Shown: positions 1 to 11,922 of the stretch, piece by piece | How the letters are laid out: the number at the start of each line of letters is the position of its first letter | Position numbering within the stretch: position 1 is the stretch's first letter | Assembly (NCBI GenBank): GCA_951406725.2 | Contig: OX597829.1 | Span: 50,282,001 to 50,346,000 of the forward strand | Source: Octopus vulgaris | Taxonomy: Eukaryota | Direction: 5' to 3' | DNA length: 64,000 bases | Translations under genes and position numbers: made by a program | The notes under the pieces: model-generated | The model's input: only the letters and a program-made list of their open reading frames with translations | What the model was told of the DNA's origin: nothing | Database searches by the model: none

Positions 1-208
1 GATGCAGCACGGATTTTTGTCAGTGAACAGGTTGCGGTCTTAAAGCGCCGAAAATATTTTGACAAATTAAACTTAAATGTTGAAGTGAATCGAACGGCTT
101 TTTGTGTGTTTCTTAAATGGCTTATAAATACCTTCCACGCTGCAATTGTTTTCGTTTCAGCACACGATCTCAGATCAAATCACTTGCTATGCAAGTACAT
201 CTCCGTAA
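1..208. mobile_element. Short MITE (terminus CATCTCCGTAA); other copies at 4603-4734 and 58044-58240
   Basis: Three ~85-90% similar copies in the window, with short terminal inverted similarity. Confidence 0.7.
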
Positions 209-209
209 A

Positions 210-1110
210 AAAATAATTAATAATGACAAGTTGTATTAATATCAAAAGAGAATATTTATACCCACTTATAAATGGATGTTGTGCTGGACTACAGAATTCT
301 GCAATATTTATCATGAAAGAACTTTTTGTATGAGCCTCTGGTGCATATAAGCACTCTTGCTTATATTAGTAACGGGAGGTAATCATCTGCTATCATTGCC
401 GGAACTACCAGATCATGTGATTTCAACCTTTCTTGGCCTTGTCAGTGGTAGGTACCCATGGCTAAAGACAGCAGTGAGTCCCATGAGAGAAATATATATA
501 GAATGACAGAACCTCAACAAGCACTGCCAGTGGGCTTATATCAAGAAATAATTATTAGGGATTTATCCCCACCACATAAAAGTGGACCTTGGGTTAGAAT
601 ACAGAGTATTGTGATAGTTGCCATGAGAGAACTTCTCATAAGGTTTTGTGGTGCATATAGACTCTCTTGTTCATATTGGTAACGGGAGGTAAGTCATCCA
701 TTATTGTTGCCAGCACTACCAGATTACATGATTTCAGCCTTTCTTGGCCTTGTCAATGATAGATGCCCAACTGCTGGAAAAAGCAGCAACAGTTCTGCTA
801 ACGATATACATAGAATCTCAGTATCTATTCAGGCACTGGTGTTACATACAGCCTGTGGGATTATTAAAAAATAATTAATAGTGACAGAAGCAGTATTAAT
901 ATCATTGCCAGAACTACTAGATCATGCGATTTCAGCCTTCCTTGGCCTTGTCAATGGTAAATGCCCACAGCTAGAGAGAGTAATGATTCCTTCATCAGTG
1001 ATATATAATCTCAGTGTTTATTCAAGCACTGGTGTTTTAAATAGCCAACGACCTAATTAAAAAACAATTGATAGCATCAGAAGCAATACTAATACCAAAA
1101 GGTGGTTATT
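210..1110. repeat. Diverged tandem triplication, ~200-310 bp units
   Basis: Core cattgccRGaactaccagatcatgYgatttcaRcctttcttggccttgtcaRtg recurs at ~393, ~705 and ~902. Confidence 0.7.
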
Positions 1111-1212
1111 GTACCACAAGATCTCATGAGAGGTTCTCTCAAGGTAAATAATGCAGTATTCTGTGTTCCTACACAACATACACAACATAAAAGAAATAAC
1201 CTATGAAAGACA

Positions 1213-1553
1213 TCTTTATATATAAAAGTGAGGTTGTGTGCTGTCTGTCTCCTACGATTTAGATTCCTAACTACTCCCACATTTTGCGGTGCAGTTTAGC
1301 CAAAACCGGGTATCTTATAGTCGTGATTCATATCGAGCCCTTCTGGGTATTAGCGCGCGTCTACGATGAGTCTACAATTTTTTAAAAAATTACCATCATT
1401 TTTTCCCCATTTTTAATGCATTTTTGGCATATATAAGGGAAGTAACTCTTTGTGGTTAGCCATATTGAGATGGCTATTATACTTTACATCTCTAAAAATG
1501 CTTATATAGTTATTTCCCTTACAAACCCGAGCAACGCCGGGCGATACTGCTAG
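1213..1553 (+). mobile_element. Non-autonomous Helitron
   Basis: Termini A|TC...CTAG|T with a subterminal hairpin CCCGAGCAACGCCGGG. Near-identical to 7882-8274 except for an internal ~50 bp deletion. Confidence 0.85.
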
Positions 1554-2625
1554 TTCAACATAAATATTTTATTGTTAAAATACATAACATATATGCTGTG
1601 GATTTGAACTTAAGAACTCTAAGTTGCTGATTCAATACTTTATTCTCTCAGCCATTGTATTTCTACCTAAGTTAGGGTAAAATGCAATGTTTTGTTTGTT
1701 TTTGTTGAGTCCTAAGCTTTGATTAGAAACTATTAGTTGAATAATCTTTTAGTAAATTTTCTTGTAAATATTTTATGCATCTGTAAAGTGTCTTGTAAAA
1801 TAGATAAAACATACTAGAGGTTTCAATGTTTCAAATAATAGACAAGGCATTCCTTTTTTGATTATTTGCATCTACTGGTTAAACGGTCTTCCAGCAGTAA
1901 TTCCTGTAAGCGTTGCCTGATTATGAAAGTTGCTCTGCAAATCACACAAAGTGTAATGGAAGATTTCATTGATCTAATGGCTTTCCATCTCACCATCTTA
2001 ATTTAAGCCTAAATATCAGGAATTTGCATTACACAGCATTATACATATGAGCTGAATGTAAACTAATTTCCATAAGTTTCCCCCCCCCCGCCAATCAGTT
2101 GCATTACCATTGTCGGTATTTGAACCCCAACTGCAAAGACATTCAGTGAAGTGTCACAAGTGAGCCACCACAGTTTCGTGTGGTTGATCTATAAATCAAC
2201 CAATCAGCACGAAATCATGAAGCTGTGGCATGACATGGACTCTTAGATGATCGAAACTCCACTCCATCTTCATCATCATCATCAACATCATTTAACGTCC
2301 GCTTTCCATGCTAGCATGGGTTGGATGATTTGACTGAGGACTGGTGAACCAGATGGCTGCACCAGGCTCCAATTTTGATCTGGCAGAGTTTCTACAGCTG
2401 GATGCCCTTCCTAACGCCAACCACTCCGAGAGTATAGTGGGTGCTTTTATGTGCCACCGGTACAAGGGCCAGTCAGGCGGTACTGGAACGGCCATGCTCA
2501 AATGGTGTTTTTTACGTGCCACCTGCACAGGAGCCAGTCCAGCGGCACTGACAACAACCTCACTGAAACATTTTTTCACATGCCAGAATTTGTAAATTTA
2601 TCAATTTAAAAAAAAAAAAAAAAAA

Positions 2626-2757
2626 GGCGGGAAAACGACAAAATAATCGAACAGCGTTCAGTCGACCCAGTTTTAACTCCCGAAAGTAGCCACGGCTGAA
2701 GTTAAAATTAATTTATCGACACAAAGAAATACAATTTCGTCTGGTTGTTATGACGAC
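2626..2757 (+). promoter_or_regulatory. Duplicated copy of the putative promoter (E2F plus X-box), pointing antisense to CEP104
   Basis: GGCGGGAAA at 2626-2634 and GTTGTTATGACGAC at 2744-2757 (reverse complement GTCGTCATAACAAC still fits the X-box consensus). Confidence 0.4.
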
Positions 2758-3080
2758 AGAAACAGTAGCAAAGATACTAGCAGCAACAGCAACGACAACA
2801 ACAAGAGTAAGGACAATGTGTACAGCAGCAGTAGCAATAGCGGCAGCAGCACAAACTGCAGAAACGACAATAGTAGCAACATCAGCAACAACAACAACAA
2901 CAACAAGATAACAAAACTGTATGGAAGACAACCATGACAACAGCAACAATAACATGAGCTGATGATCTCGATGCTGGAGTCGGTGGAGATTAAGCGTGCA
3001 TTCTGCACCGAAATAAGAGGGTTTCTCTCAGTGTATCAACCACAGAACACCCATGTTTAAGTGGGGACAGATATTACCTC

Positions 3081-3825
3081 GGATCTTTTCCTTTTGAACG
3101 CCAGTTTTCAACACAATTTCTAGTTAACTAAACACTTTTAAACTTCGTATACTGGTGGAATGTGTCAAAATAAAACTTTTTTTTCTCTTGGCTTTCTTGA
3201 GAAAATTGTAATTTGCAGGTTTAGCGTGGTTTGATTTTTCGAATTTTAACCAATCCTATGCCCTCTATTGAGCTGGAATCATTTGCTGCGTCTAAAACTG
3301 AGACAACATCCTGTCACTAACCCTCACCCTAACCCTAACCCTAAATTTTAGCCTTTCGGTTTTTTTTTCTTAATTGTTAAATTAATTTAAGGATAACAAT
3401 TAAGAAAAAAAAACGAAAGCAATGGAAAATAATTTTAATTTAACAATTAAGAAAAAAGAAAAACGAAAGCAAAAACTCAAAGCAAAAACAAAACGAATAA
3501 TTTTAGACACGCGTAACAATTAAATTAATTTAACAATTAAGAAAAAAAAAAAAACAAATGCTAAAATTTAGGGTTAGGGTGAGGGTTGGTGACAGGATGT
3601 TGTCTCAGTTTTGGACGCAGCAAATGATTTTGGCTTTGTAGAGGGCATGGGTTGGTTGAAGTTCGAAAAGTTAAACTACGTTGGGCTTGCAAATTGCAAT
3701 TTTCTCGGGAGGGGCCAGGAGAGGGAAATGTTTTGTTTTGACGCATTCTTCCAGTGTGCGAAGTTTAAAAGTGTTTAGTTGGCTGGAAATTGTGTTGAGG
3801 GCTGCCGTTCAAAAGGAAAAGATCC
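3081..3825. mobile_element. Foldback MITE (GGATCTTTTCCTTTTGAACG termini, 8-bp TSD; Merlin- or hAT-like) with A-to-G hypermutated arms
   Basis: Long terminal inverted arms of ~270 bp. TSD ATTACCTC at 3073-3080 and 3826-3833. Internal TTAGGG/CCCTAA tracts. Confidence 0.92.
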
Positions 3826-5189
3826 ATTACCTCTTCATATTGATACTGCCTCTGACACTTACATATATATTCTAAAAACATTCGGGCGAGGTCGTTGCCA
3901 GTGCCACTGAACTGGCTCCTGTGCAGGTGGCACATAAAAAGCACCATTTGTACGTGGTGGCCATTGCCAGTACCGCCTGACTGGCCCTCGTGCTGGTAGC
4001 ACGTAAAAGCACCCACTACACTCTCGGAGTGGTTGGCATTAGGAAGGGCATCAAGCTGTAGAAACTTCTACCAGATCAAGATTGGAGCCTGGTTCAGCCA
4101 TCTGGTTTGCCAGTCCTCAGTCAAATCGTCCAACCCATGCTAGCATGGAAAGCGGACGTTAACTGATAAGAATGATGAAGATCTACTATGATGGTTTCCC
4201 TGCAGTTGTCAAATTGTAGTTACTGAAAGAAACATCAATTGATTTTAGTTCATTGGTCTTGAGTGAAATCCTGGTGTTGATCTAATTGATTGAACCACCA
4301 CTCTGTTCTTGACAATTTGGCCTTTTTTTTCTATAGTTTGATCTATGGCTGTGTTGTAAGAACTTTGCTCCTCAACCTCATAGTTATGGGTTCAGTTCTA
4401 CTACATGGTACTGTGGGTGAGTGTCTTTTGCTATAACCCTAGGCTAACCAAAGCTTTCAGACGAATCTGGTGGACAGAAACTGAAACGCTTGAAGTGAAA
4501 GAGTGGTTTTGAACCTGATGACCTTCCTGAAATGGTAGATAGATTGTTTACATTGTTGTTGCTTTGTTTTATATAAGCTATTCCAAGTGGGAACATGTCC
4601 AATTACGGAGATGTACTTGCATAGCAAGTGACCTGATCTGAGATCGTGTGCTGGAACAAAAACAATTGCAGCGTGGAAGGTGTTTGTAAGCCATTTAAGA
4701 AACACACAAAAGCCGTTCGATTCAATTCAACATTATTATTATTATTATTATTATTATTAGCGCCGCCTCGACTGGCTTCCGTGCCGGTGGCACGTAAAAA
4801 GCACCATCCGAATCGTGGCCGATGCCAGTGCCGCCTCGACTGGCTTCCGTGCCGGTGGCACGTAAAATGCACCAATCCGACCGTGGCCGTTGCCAGCCTC
4901 GCCTGGCACCTGTGCAGGTGGCACGTAAAAAGCACCCACTACACTCACGGAGTAGTTGGCGTTAGGAAGGGCATCCAGCTGTAGAAACATTGCCAGATCA
5001 GACTGGAGCCTGGTGCAGCCTTCTGGCTTCCCAGATCCCCGGTCGAACTGTCCAACCCATGCTAGCATGGTGAGCGGACGTTAAACGATGATGATGATGA
5101 TCATCATCATCATCATCATCATCATCAACTTTCACTTCACTTTTCAGTAAGGCAACGCTGGTGATGATCACACTCGAACGGTGCTTTTT

Positions 5190-5500
5190 ACGTGCCACCA
5201 GCATACAAAATCCATTTGGTGGCCAACTCAACCAGATATCCATGGGCATTCGCACATAACACCTAGGGCACTCATGGAAGGTAGACTGTTAAAACCAAAC
5301 CACCTCAGGCACTCGAAACTGAAATATATGGTGCTAGACACACAGGGAATCAGGGAAACTGTCAGCGTTGATAGACTTAAGAAAGCTTCTGTCAAATCAA
5401 TACCCCTACCACAAACACTGGTGATCAATCTCCCTCGCAACACCATAATTCTGGATTGTATAACCAGAAGTAAAGCAGTTATATCTTCTTGTCCAGGTTA
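5190..5500 (+). mobile_element. Gypsy LTR-retrotransposon integrase C-terminal relic
   Basis: Translation ...LDTQGIRETVSVDRLKKA resembles the VSIDRLKPA motif of Gypsy integrases. Confidence 0.6.
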
Positions 5501-5958
5501 ATTGATGTGTAGTGAAAAGTTAAGCTCATTATATAAACGTTACATTTTTCCATAATAGTAGCAATATATTAAATGTTTGACAGAGACGGCAAACACATTT
5601 CTCATGGAATTACTGCTGTCAACCTTTAGCACAGAAAGCCAGAACGTAATGCCTTCCATTATGGAAAATATCGCTTTAATTATTCAAAGTGAAAGTTACG
5701 TTAATAAATAATCAATAAGGATGATATATAAATACAGTCATTATTTCTGTTTCTAAATTAATGTAATTATTATAACGAACCATCTCTCCATACGTTTCTA
5801 TTGAATGACTGAATAGAAGTATTTGATAATAAAATGTATTTAAACTAATGTATAATGAAAGGGTTTCCGTTCTGTTTTGTGTCTTTTAAATCCTTCTGCA
5901 CTGGTTGACTTGTCATTGGCTGACTTGTCATTGGCTGACTTGACAATAGATGCGCTTC

Positions 5959-6297
5959 AAGGGGTTTTAGTCAACCAAATTGAAGGGGTTTTAGTTGACC
6001 AAATTGAAAGGTTTTTAGTCAAACAAATTGAAGGGGTTTTAGTTGACTAAATTGAAGGGGTTTAAGTTGACCAAATTGAAAGGTTTTTAGTCAACCAAAT
6101 TGAAGGGGTTTTAGTTGACCAAATTGAAAGGTTTTTAGTCAACCAAATTGAAGGGGTTTTATTGACCAAATTGAAGGGATTTAAGTTGACCAAATTGAAG
6201 GATTTTTAGTCAACCAAATTGAAGGGGTTTAAGTTGATCAAACTGAAAGGTTTTTAGTCAAGGGAACTGAAGAGTTTTTAGTTAACTAATTTGAAGG
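5959..6297. repeat. 24-bp minisatellite (AAGGGGTTTTAGTCAACCAAATTG), ~14 units
   Basis: Directly visible tandem units with GTCAAC/GTTGAC variants. Confidence 0.9.
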
Positions 6298-6330
6298 GCA
6301 GTGGTAGTGGTAGTAGTAGTAGTGGTGGTG

Positions 6331-6372
<42 letters not shown>

Positions 6373-6872
6373 TAGCATGGTTTTAAATTTTGGCACAAGG
6401 CCTGCAATGTCGTGGGAGGAGTTTAATTCAATTACATTGACTCTCCCCCAGTACTCAACTGGTACTGGCGAAAGTAAAGAATATGGTGGTTAGGGTTAGA
6501 GTTAGGGCTTTTGTTACTCCGAAAACTGGTGTTGTACATATTCTTTACTTCTCCACCCTGGTACTTATTTTATCCACCCTGAAAGGATAAAAGGCAAAGT
6601 GAACAGCATTTGAAAAAGGGTTTTGATATTGCAGAAGCAGATATGGCTTCTCAGTTCACCACCTTTCTTTTTCCTGGCGGAGGTAAAGAATTCACACACC
6701 ACTCATTTTTGGCGTAACAAAAACCCTAAGCCTAATCCTAAACACCGGGTATGCATATTCTTTACCTTTGTCCTTTTTTCTAATTTTATCATTCATTATA
6801 AAAATCCTGCATGTGAGACCTTGGTTCATTCGGTAGCTGCCAAGTACAAAATATCAAGGCCCTAAGATAACT

Positions 6873-7270
6873 GGGTGAAGGTAAAGCATGTGCACACCAC
6901 CCATCAGACGAAAGTGAAACATCTGAAGTTTTTAGCATTTTGAAAGCGGAGAGGTGATGGGTGGGCAAGGTGAAGGAAGGGGCCTAGAGTGTTTCTTTAA
7001 GAGAAATTAAAATTTAAAAAAAAAAAATCCCAGATTCGTAATCTCTGTACTTTTATACGCAGATTAAAAAAAAAAACTTCGAAAATGTTAAAAATTAAGA
7101 AATTGGGGTTTGGGGGTAGGGGTGGGTAAATTAAAATTTTGAAAACGTGGTTTTTAGGTAATATTGAATTCTCCTATATCAAAAATAGAAATCCGAAAAT
7201 ATTTTGGAAAAAAAAATTTTTTTTTTTAAAACACCGAAAATGGGTAGTGTGCACGCGCTCTACCTTTGCC
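6873..7270. mobile_element. MITE with GG termini and 8-bp TSD
   Basis: GGTGAAGGTAAAGCATGTGCACACC...GTGTGCACGCGCTCTACCTTTGCC, flanked by GATAACTG/AATAACTG. Related short elements lie at ~6466-6558 and ~6676-6772. Confidence 0.6.
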
Positions 7271-7881
7271 AATAACTGTTGCTGACTTTGTGGGTTTTCT
7301 CCATTTCCACCAGAACTTTCCAAACTTCTTTTGCAATAAAATTCTTAAAATCTACACCAACAGACATCATCCCACACGAGCTCACTATTCTCTTCTCCCA
7401 CCACGTACTTTCATGACAGCCATCACCCTTAATAAGAATTTTTTTCCCTTATCAGTTTGTTCATCTTTACGTACTGAGTTCAAATTCAGCAGAAGTGGGC
7501 CTTGCCTTTCGTCCTTTAGGAGGTCAATAAAATAAGAACCAGTCAAACTCTATGGGCCAAGGTAATCGACTTGACGCCTCCCCTAAATTTTTGACCTTGT
7601 ACCTATAGGAGAAAGGATAATTTTATTTCCCATATTCTGGAACAAAGGTAATTCCGATTTTTTTAGGAAAAAAATAAATCTATTTATTTTAAACATCAAC
7701 CCCCCTCTTCTCCCCCACTCACTAAAAAAAAAACAGCGACCACCACTAAAAGGATTTCTCCCCGTTGGTTTCAGTTATTTTTAAATGTTTGTAATACACA
7801 CTTAAAATGAAACAAAACAAAATTTCACCACCTCCACCACCATCGTACCTTTCTGGATTGAAATGTCGCTGTATATGTATA

Positions 7882-8274
7882 TCTTTATATATAAAAGTGA
7901 GGTTGTGTGCTGTCTGTCTCCTACAATTTAGATTCCTAACTACTCCCACATTTTGCGGTGCAGTTTAACCAAAACCGGGTATCTTATAGTCGTGATTCAT
8001 ATCGAGCCCTTCTGGGTATTAGCGCGCGTCTATGATGAGTCTACGATTTTAAAAAAATTTACCATAAATTTTTCCCATTTTTAATGCATTTTTGGCATAT
8101 ATAAGGGAAGTAACTCTCTAAAAATTTATCATTAAATCTCAGAACGTAAAAAGCTACAGTAACCCCCCCTTTGTAGTTAGCCATATTGAGATGGCTATTA
8201 TACTTTACATCTCTAAAAATGCTTATATAGTTATTTCCCTTACAAACCCGAGCAACGCCGGGCGATACTGCTAG
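7882..8274 (+). mobile_element. Non-autonomous Helitron (second copy)
   Basis: Termini A|TC...CTAG|T and the same 3' hairpin. Confidence 0.85.
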
Positions 8275-8589
8275 TATATATATATATATATCTGTTTTAT
8301 CCAATATCCAAAAATTAAAAATGGCAGAAAAAAAAGAACAAAAAAAAGAAAAACAAAAAAAGGTCATCTTTCATTTTGACTTGCAGGAATGTCATTGTTG
8401 TTCGTTAGTTTCCATAAATTCTTTTATTTACTTTTGTTTTAAAGTGAAAGAGAGGACCAAGTGAGAGATGTATGCGTGTATATGAAATGGACATGTGTGT
8501 GTGAGAGAAAGAGAGAGAGAGAGAGAGTGAAAAGGCATACTGTCATTTATACGTACATACATGATTACATATGCATACATATTTTTATT

Positions 8590-8862
8590 TACATTATTTA
8601 CATTTGATGGATATTTGTCCTCATCTTGTTTGTTGTTAACACAACGTTTTGGCTGATATCAGCTTTCATCAGGTGTCTTGGAGAAATTTCGAACCTGGAT
8701 TCTCATTCCTAAGGTATTTTTCGATGTTGTTGTCATTATTATTATTATTATTATTCAGGTCACTGTCTGGAATCGATGATGGCTGGAAGGTATATCAGCC
8801 GAAACGTTGTGTTAACAACAAACAAGATGAGGACAAATATCCGTCAAATGTAAATAATGTAC
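8590..8862. mobile_element. Palindromic Penelope-derived short element with degenerate hammerhead-like motifs
   Basis: Arms ~8598-8659 and ~8792-8854 are inverted. Contains TCATCAG and ...CAGCCGAAACGTTG typical of Penelope pseudo-LTRs. Confidence 0.55.
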
Positions 8863-8902
8863 ATAATGCCTCATCTCTTAAATATAGAACTATACATCTT
8901 TT

Positions 8903-8934
8903 TGTATGTATGTATGTATGTATGTATGTATGTA

Positions 8935-8999
<65 letters not shown>

Positions 9000-9519
9000 A
9001 TGTATGAATGTATGATGTATGTATGTATGTATGTATGTATGTATGTATGTATGTATGTATGTATGTATGTATGTATGTATGTATGTATGTATGTATGTAT
9101 GTATGTATGTATGTATGTATGTATGTATGTATGTATGTATGTATGTATGTATGTATGTATGTATGTATGTATGTATGTATGTATGTATGTATGTATGTAT
9201 GTATGTATGTATGTATGTATGTATGTATGTATGTATGTATGTATGTATGTATGTATGTATGTATGTATGTATGTATGTATGATGTATGATGTATGTATGT
9301 ATGTATGTATGTATGTATGTATGTATGTATATATGTATGTATGTATGTATGTATGATGTATGTATGTATGATGTATGTATGTATGTATGTATGTATGTAT
9401 GTATGTATGTGTATGTATGTATGTATGTATGTATGTATGTATGTATGTATGTATGTATGTATGTATGTATGTATGTATGTATGTATGTATGTATGTATGT
9501 ATGTATGTATGTATGTATG

Positions 9520-9553
<34 letters not shown>

Positions 9554-9610
9554 TGTATGTATGTATGTATGATGTATGTATGTATGTATGTATGTATGTA
9601 TGTATGTATG

Positions 9611-9644
<34 letters not shown>

Positions 9645-10993
9645 TGTATGTATGTATGTATGTATGTATGTATGTATGTATGTATGTATGTATGTATGTA
9701 TGTATGTATGTATGTATGTATGTATGTATGTATGTATGTATGTATGTATGTATGTATGTATGTATGTATGTATGTATGATGTATGTATGTATGTATGTAT
9801 GTATGTATGTATGTATGTATGTATGTATGTATGTATGTATGTATGTATGTATGTATGTATGTATGTATGTATGTATGTATGTATGTATGTATGTATGTAT
9901 GTATGTATGTATGTATGTATGTATGTATGTATGTATGTATGTATGTATGTATGTATGTATGTATGTATGTATGTATGATGATGTATGTATGTATGTATGT
10001 ATGTATGTATGTATGTATGTATGTATGTATGTATGTATGTATGTATGTATGTATGTATGTATGTATGTATGTATGTATGTATGTGTATGTATGTATGTAT
10101 GTATGTATGTATGTATGTATGTATGTATGTATGTATGTATGTATGTATGTATGTATGTATGTATGTATGTATGTATGTATGTATGTATGTATGTATGTAT
10201 GTATGTATGTATGTATGTATGTATGTATGTATGTATGTATGTATGTATGTATGTATGTATGTATGTATGTATGTATGTATGTATGTATGTATGTATGTAT
10301 GTATGTATGTATGTATGTATGTATGTATGTATGTATGTATGTATGTATGTATGTATGTATGTATGTATGTATGTATGTATGTATGTATGTATGTATGTAT
10401 GTATGTATGTATGTATGTATGTATGTATGTATGTATGTATGTATGTATGTATGTATGTATGTATGTATGTATGTATGTATGTATGTATGTATGTATGTAT
10501 GTATGTATGTATGTATGTATGTATGTATGTATGTATGTATGTATGTATGTATGTATGTATGTATGTATGTATGTATGTATGTATGTATGTATGTATGTAT
10601 GTATGTATGTATGTATGTATGTATGTATGTATGTATGTATGTATGTATGTATGTATGTATGTATGTATGTATGTATGTATGTATGTATGTATGTATGTAT
10701 GTATGTATGTATGTATGTATGTATGTATGTATGTATGTATGTATGTATGTATGTATGTATGTATGTATGTATGTATGTATGTATGTATGTATGTATGTAT
10801 GTATGTATGTATGTATGTATGTATGTATGTATGTATGTATGTATGTATGTATGTATGTATGTATGTATGTATGTATGTATGTATGTATGTATGTATGTAT
10901 GTATGTATGTATGTATGTATGTATGTATGTATGTATGTATGTATGTATGTATGTATGTATGTATGTATGTATGTATGTATGTATGTATGTATG

Positions 10994-11027
<34 letters not shown>

Positions 11028-11141
11028 TGTATGTATGTATGTATGTATGTATGTATGTATGTATGTATGTATGTATGTATGTATGTATGTATGTATGTAT
11101 GTATGTATGTATGTATGTATGTATGTATGTATGTATGTATG

Positions 11142-11175
<34 letters not shown>

Positions 11176-11561
11176 TGTATGTATGTATGTATGTATGTAT
11201 GTATGTATGTATGTATGTATGTATGTATGTATGTATGTATGTATGTATGTATGTATGTATGTATGTATGTATGTATGTATGTATGTATGTATGTATGTAT
11301 GTATGTATGTATGTATGTATGTATGTATGTATGTATGTATGTATGTATGTATGTATGTATGTATGTATGTATGTATGTATGTATGTATGTATGTATGTAT
11401 GTATGTATGTATGTATGTATGTATGTATGTATGTATGTATGTATGTATGTATGTATGTATGTATGTATGTATGTATGTATGTATGTATGTATGTATGTAT
11501 GTATGTATGTATGTATGTATGTATGTATGTATGTATGTATGTATGTATGTATGTATGTATG

Positions 11562-11595
<34 letters not shown>

Positions 11596-11710
11596 TGATG
11601 TATGATGTATGTATGTATGTATGTATGTATGTATGTATGTATGTATGATGTATGTATGTATGTATGTATGTATGTATGTATGTATGTATGTATGTATGTA
11701 TGTATGTATG
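8903..11710. repeat. ~2.8 kb (TATG)n microsatellite
   Basis: Directly visible; source of the spurious MYVC/HTYI ORFs. Confidence 0.99.
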
Positions 11711-11868
11711 AGAAAGAGTGAAAGTGTGTGTTGTCATGTACGTGAATTTTTTTGCATGTATGGCTAAGTGGCACTCTCTCTCTCTCTCTCTCTCTTTCTC
11801 ACACACATGCACACAAACATACAAAGAAGATGTATGCATATGTATTTATGTATACATCACAATACACC

Positions 11869-11922
<54 letters not shown>

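Larger units (their letters stand above)
2585..4603 (+). repeat. Inverted segmental duplication, copy 1 (partner 58241-60642)
   Basis: Unique sequence, MITE with TSD and SINE fragments are colinear with the reverse complement of 58241-60642. The ORF track gives near-identical peptides at 2748-3008(-) and 60209-60475(+). Confidence 0.95.

Noticed and set aside
1815-1936. AG/GT-bounded minus-strand segment as a CEP104 exon
   Set aside because: The required phase gives an immediate stop (QQLS*) and there is no homology.
2713-3008. Hydrophobic ORFs conserved between 2.7 kb and 60.2 kb
   Set aside because: Conservation reflects the segmental duplication of a (GTT/GCT)-rich tract, not coding constraint.
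5959-6297. CRISPR-like regular repeat
   Set aside because: Head-to-tail units without unique spacers, in a eukaryotic context.
7095-7130. G-rich version of a TTAGGG tract as another A>G cluster
   Set aside because: No clean paralog to polarise the changes, and the region looks affected by homopolymer errors.
7264-7351. Frame HFKNFIAKEVWKVLVEMEK as the next CEP104 coiled-coil exon
   Set aside because: Weak similarity, poor acceptor, and the apparent donor belongs to a MITE terminus in a noisy region.
8649-11839. Very long ORFs (up to 1014 aa; MYVC and HTYI repeats)
   Set aside because: Translations of the stop-free (TATG)n microsatellite.
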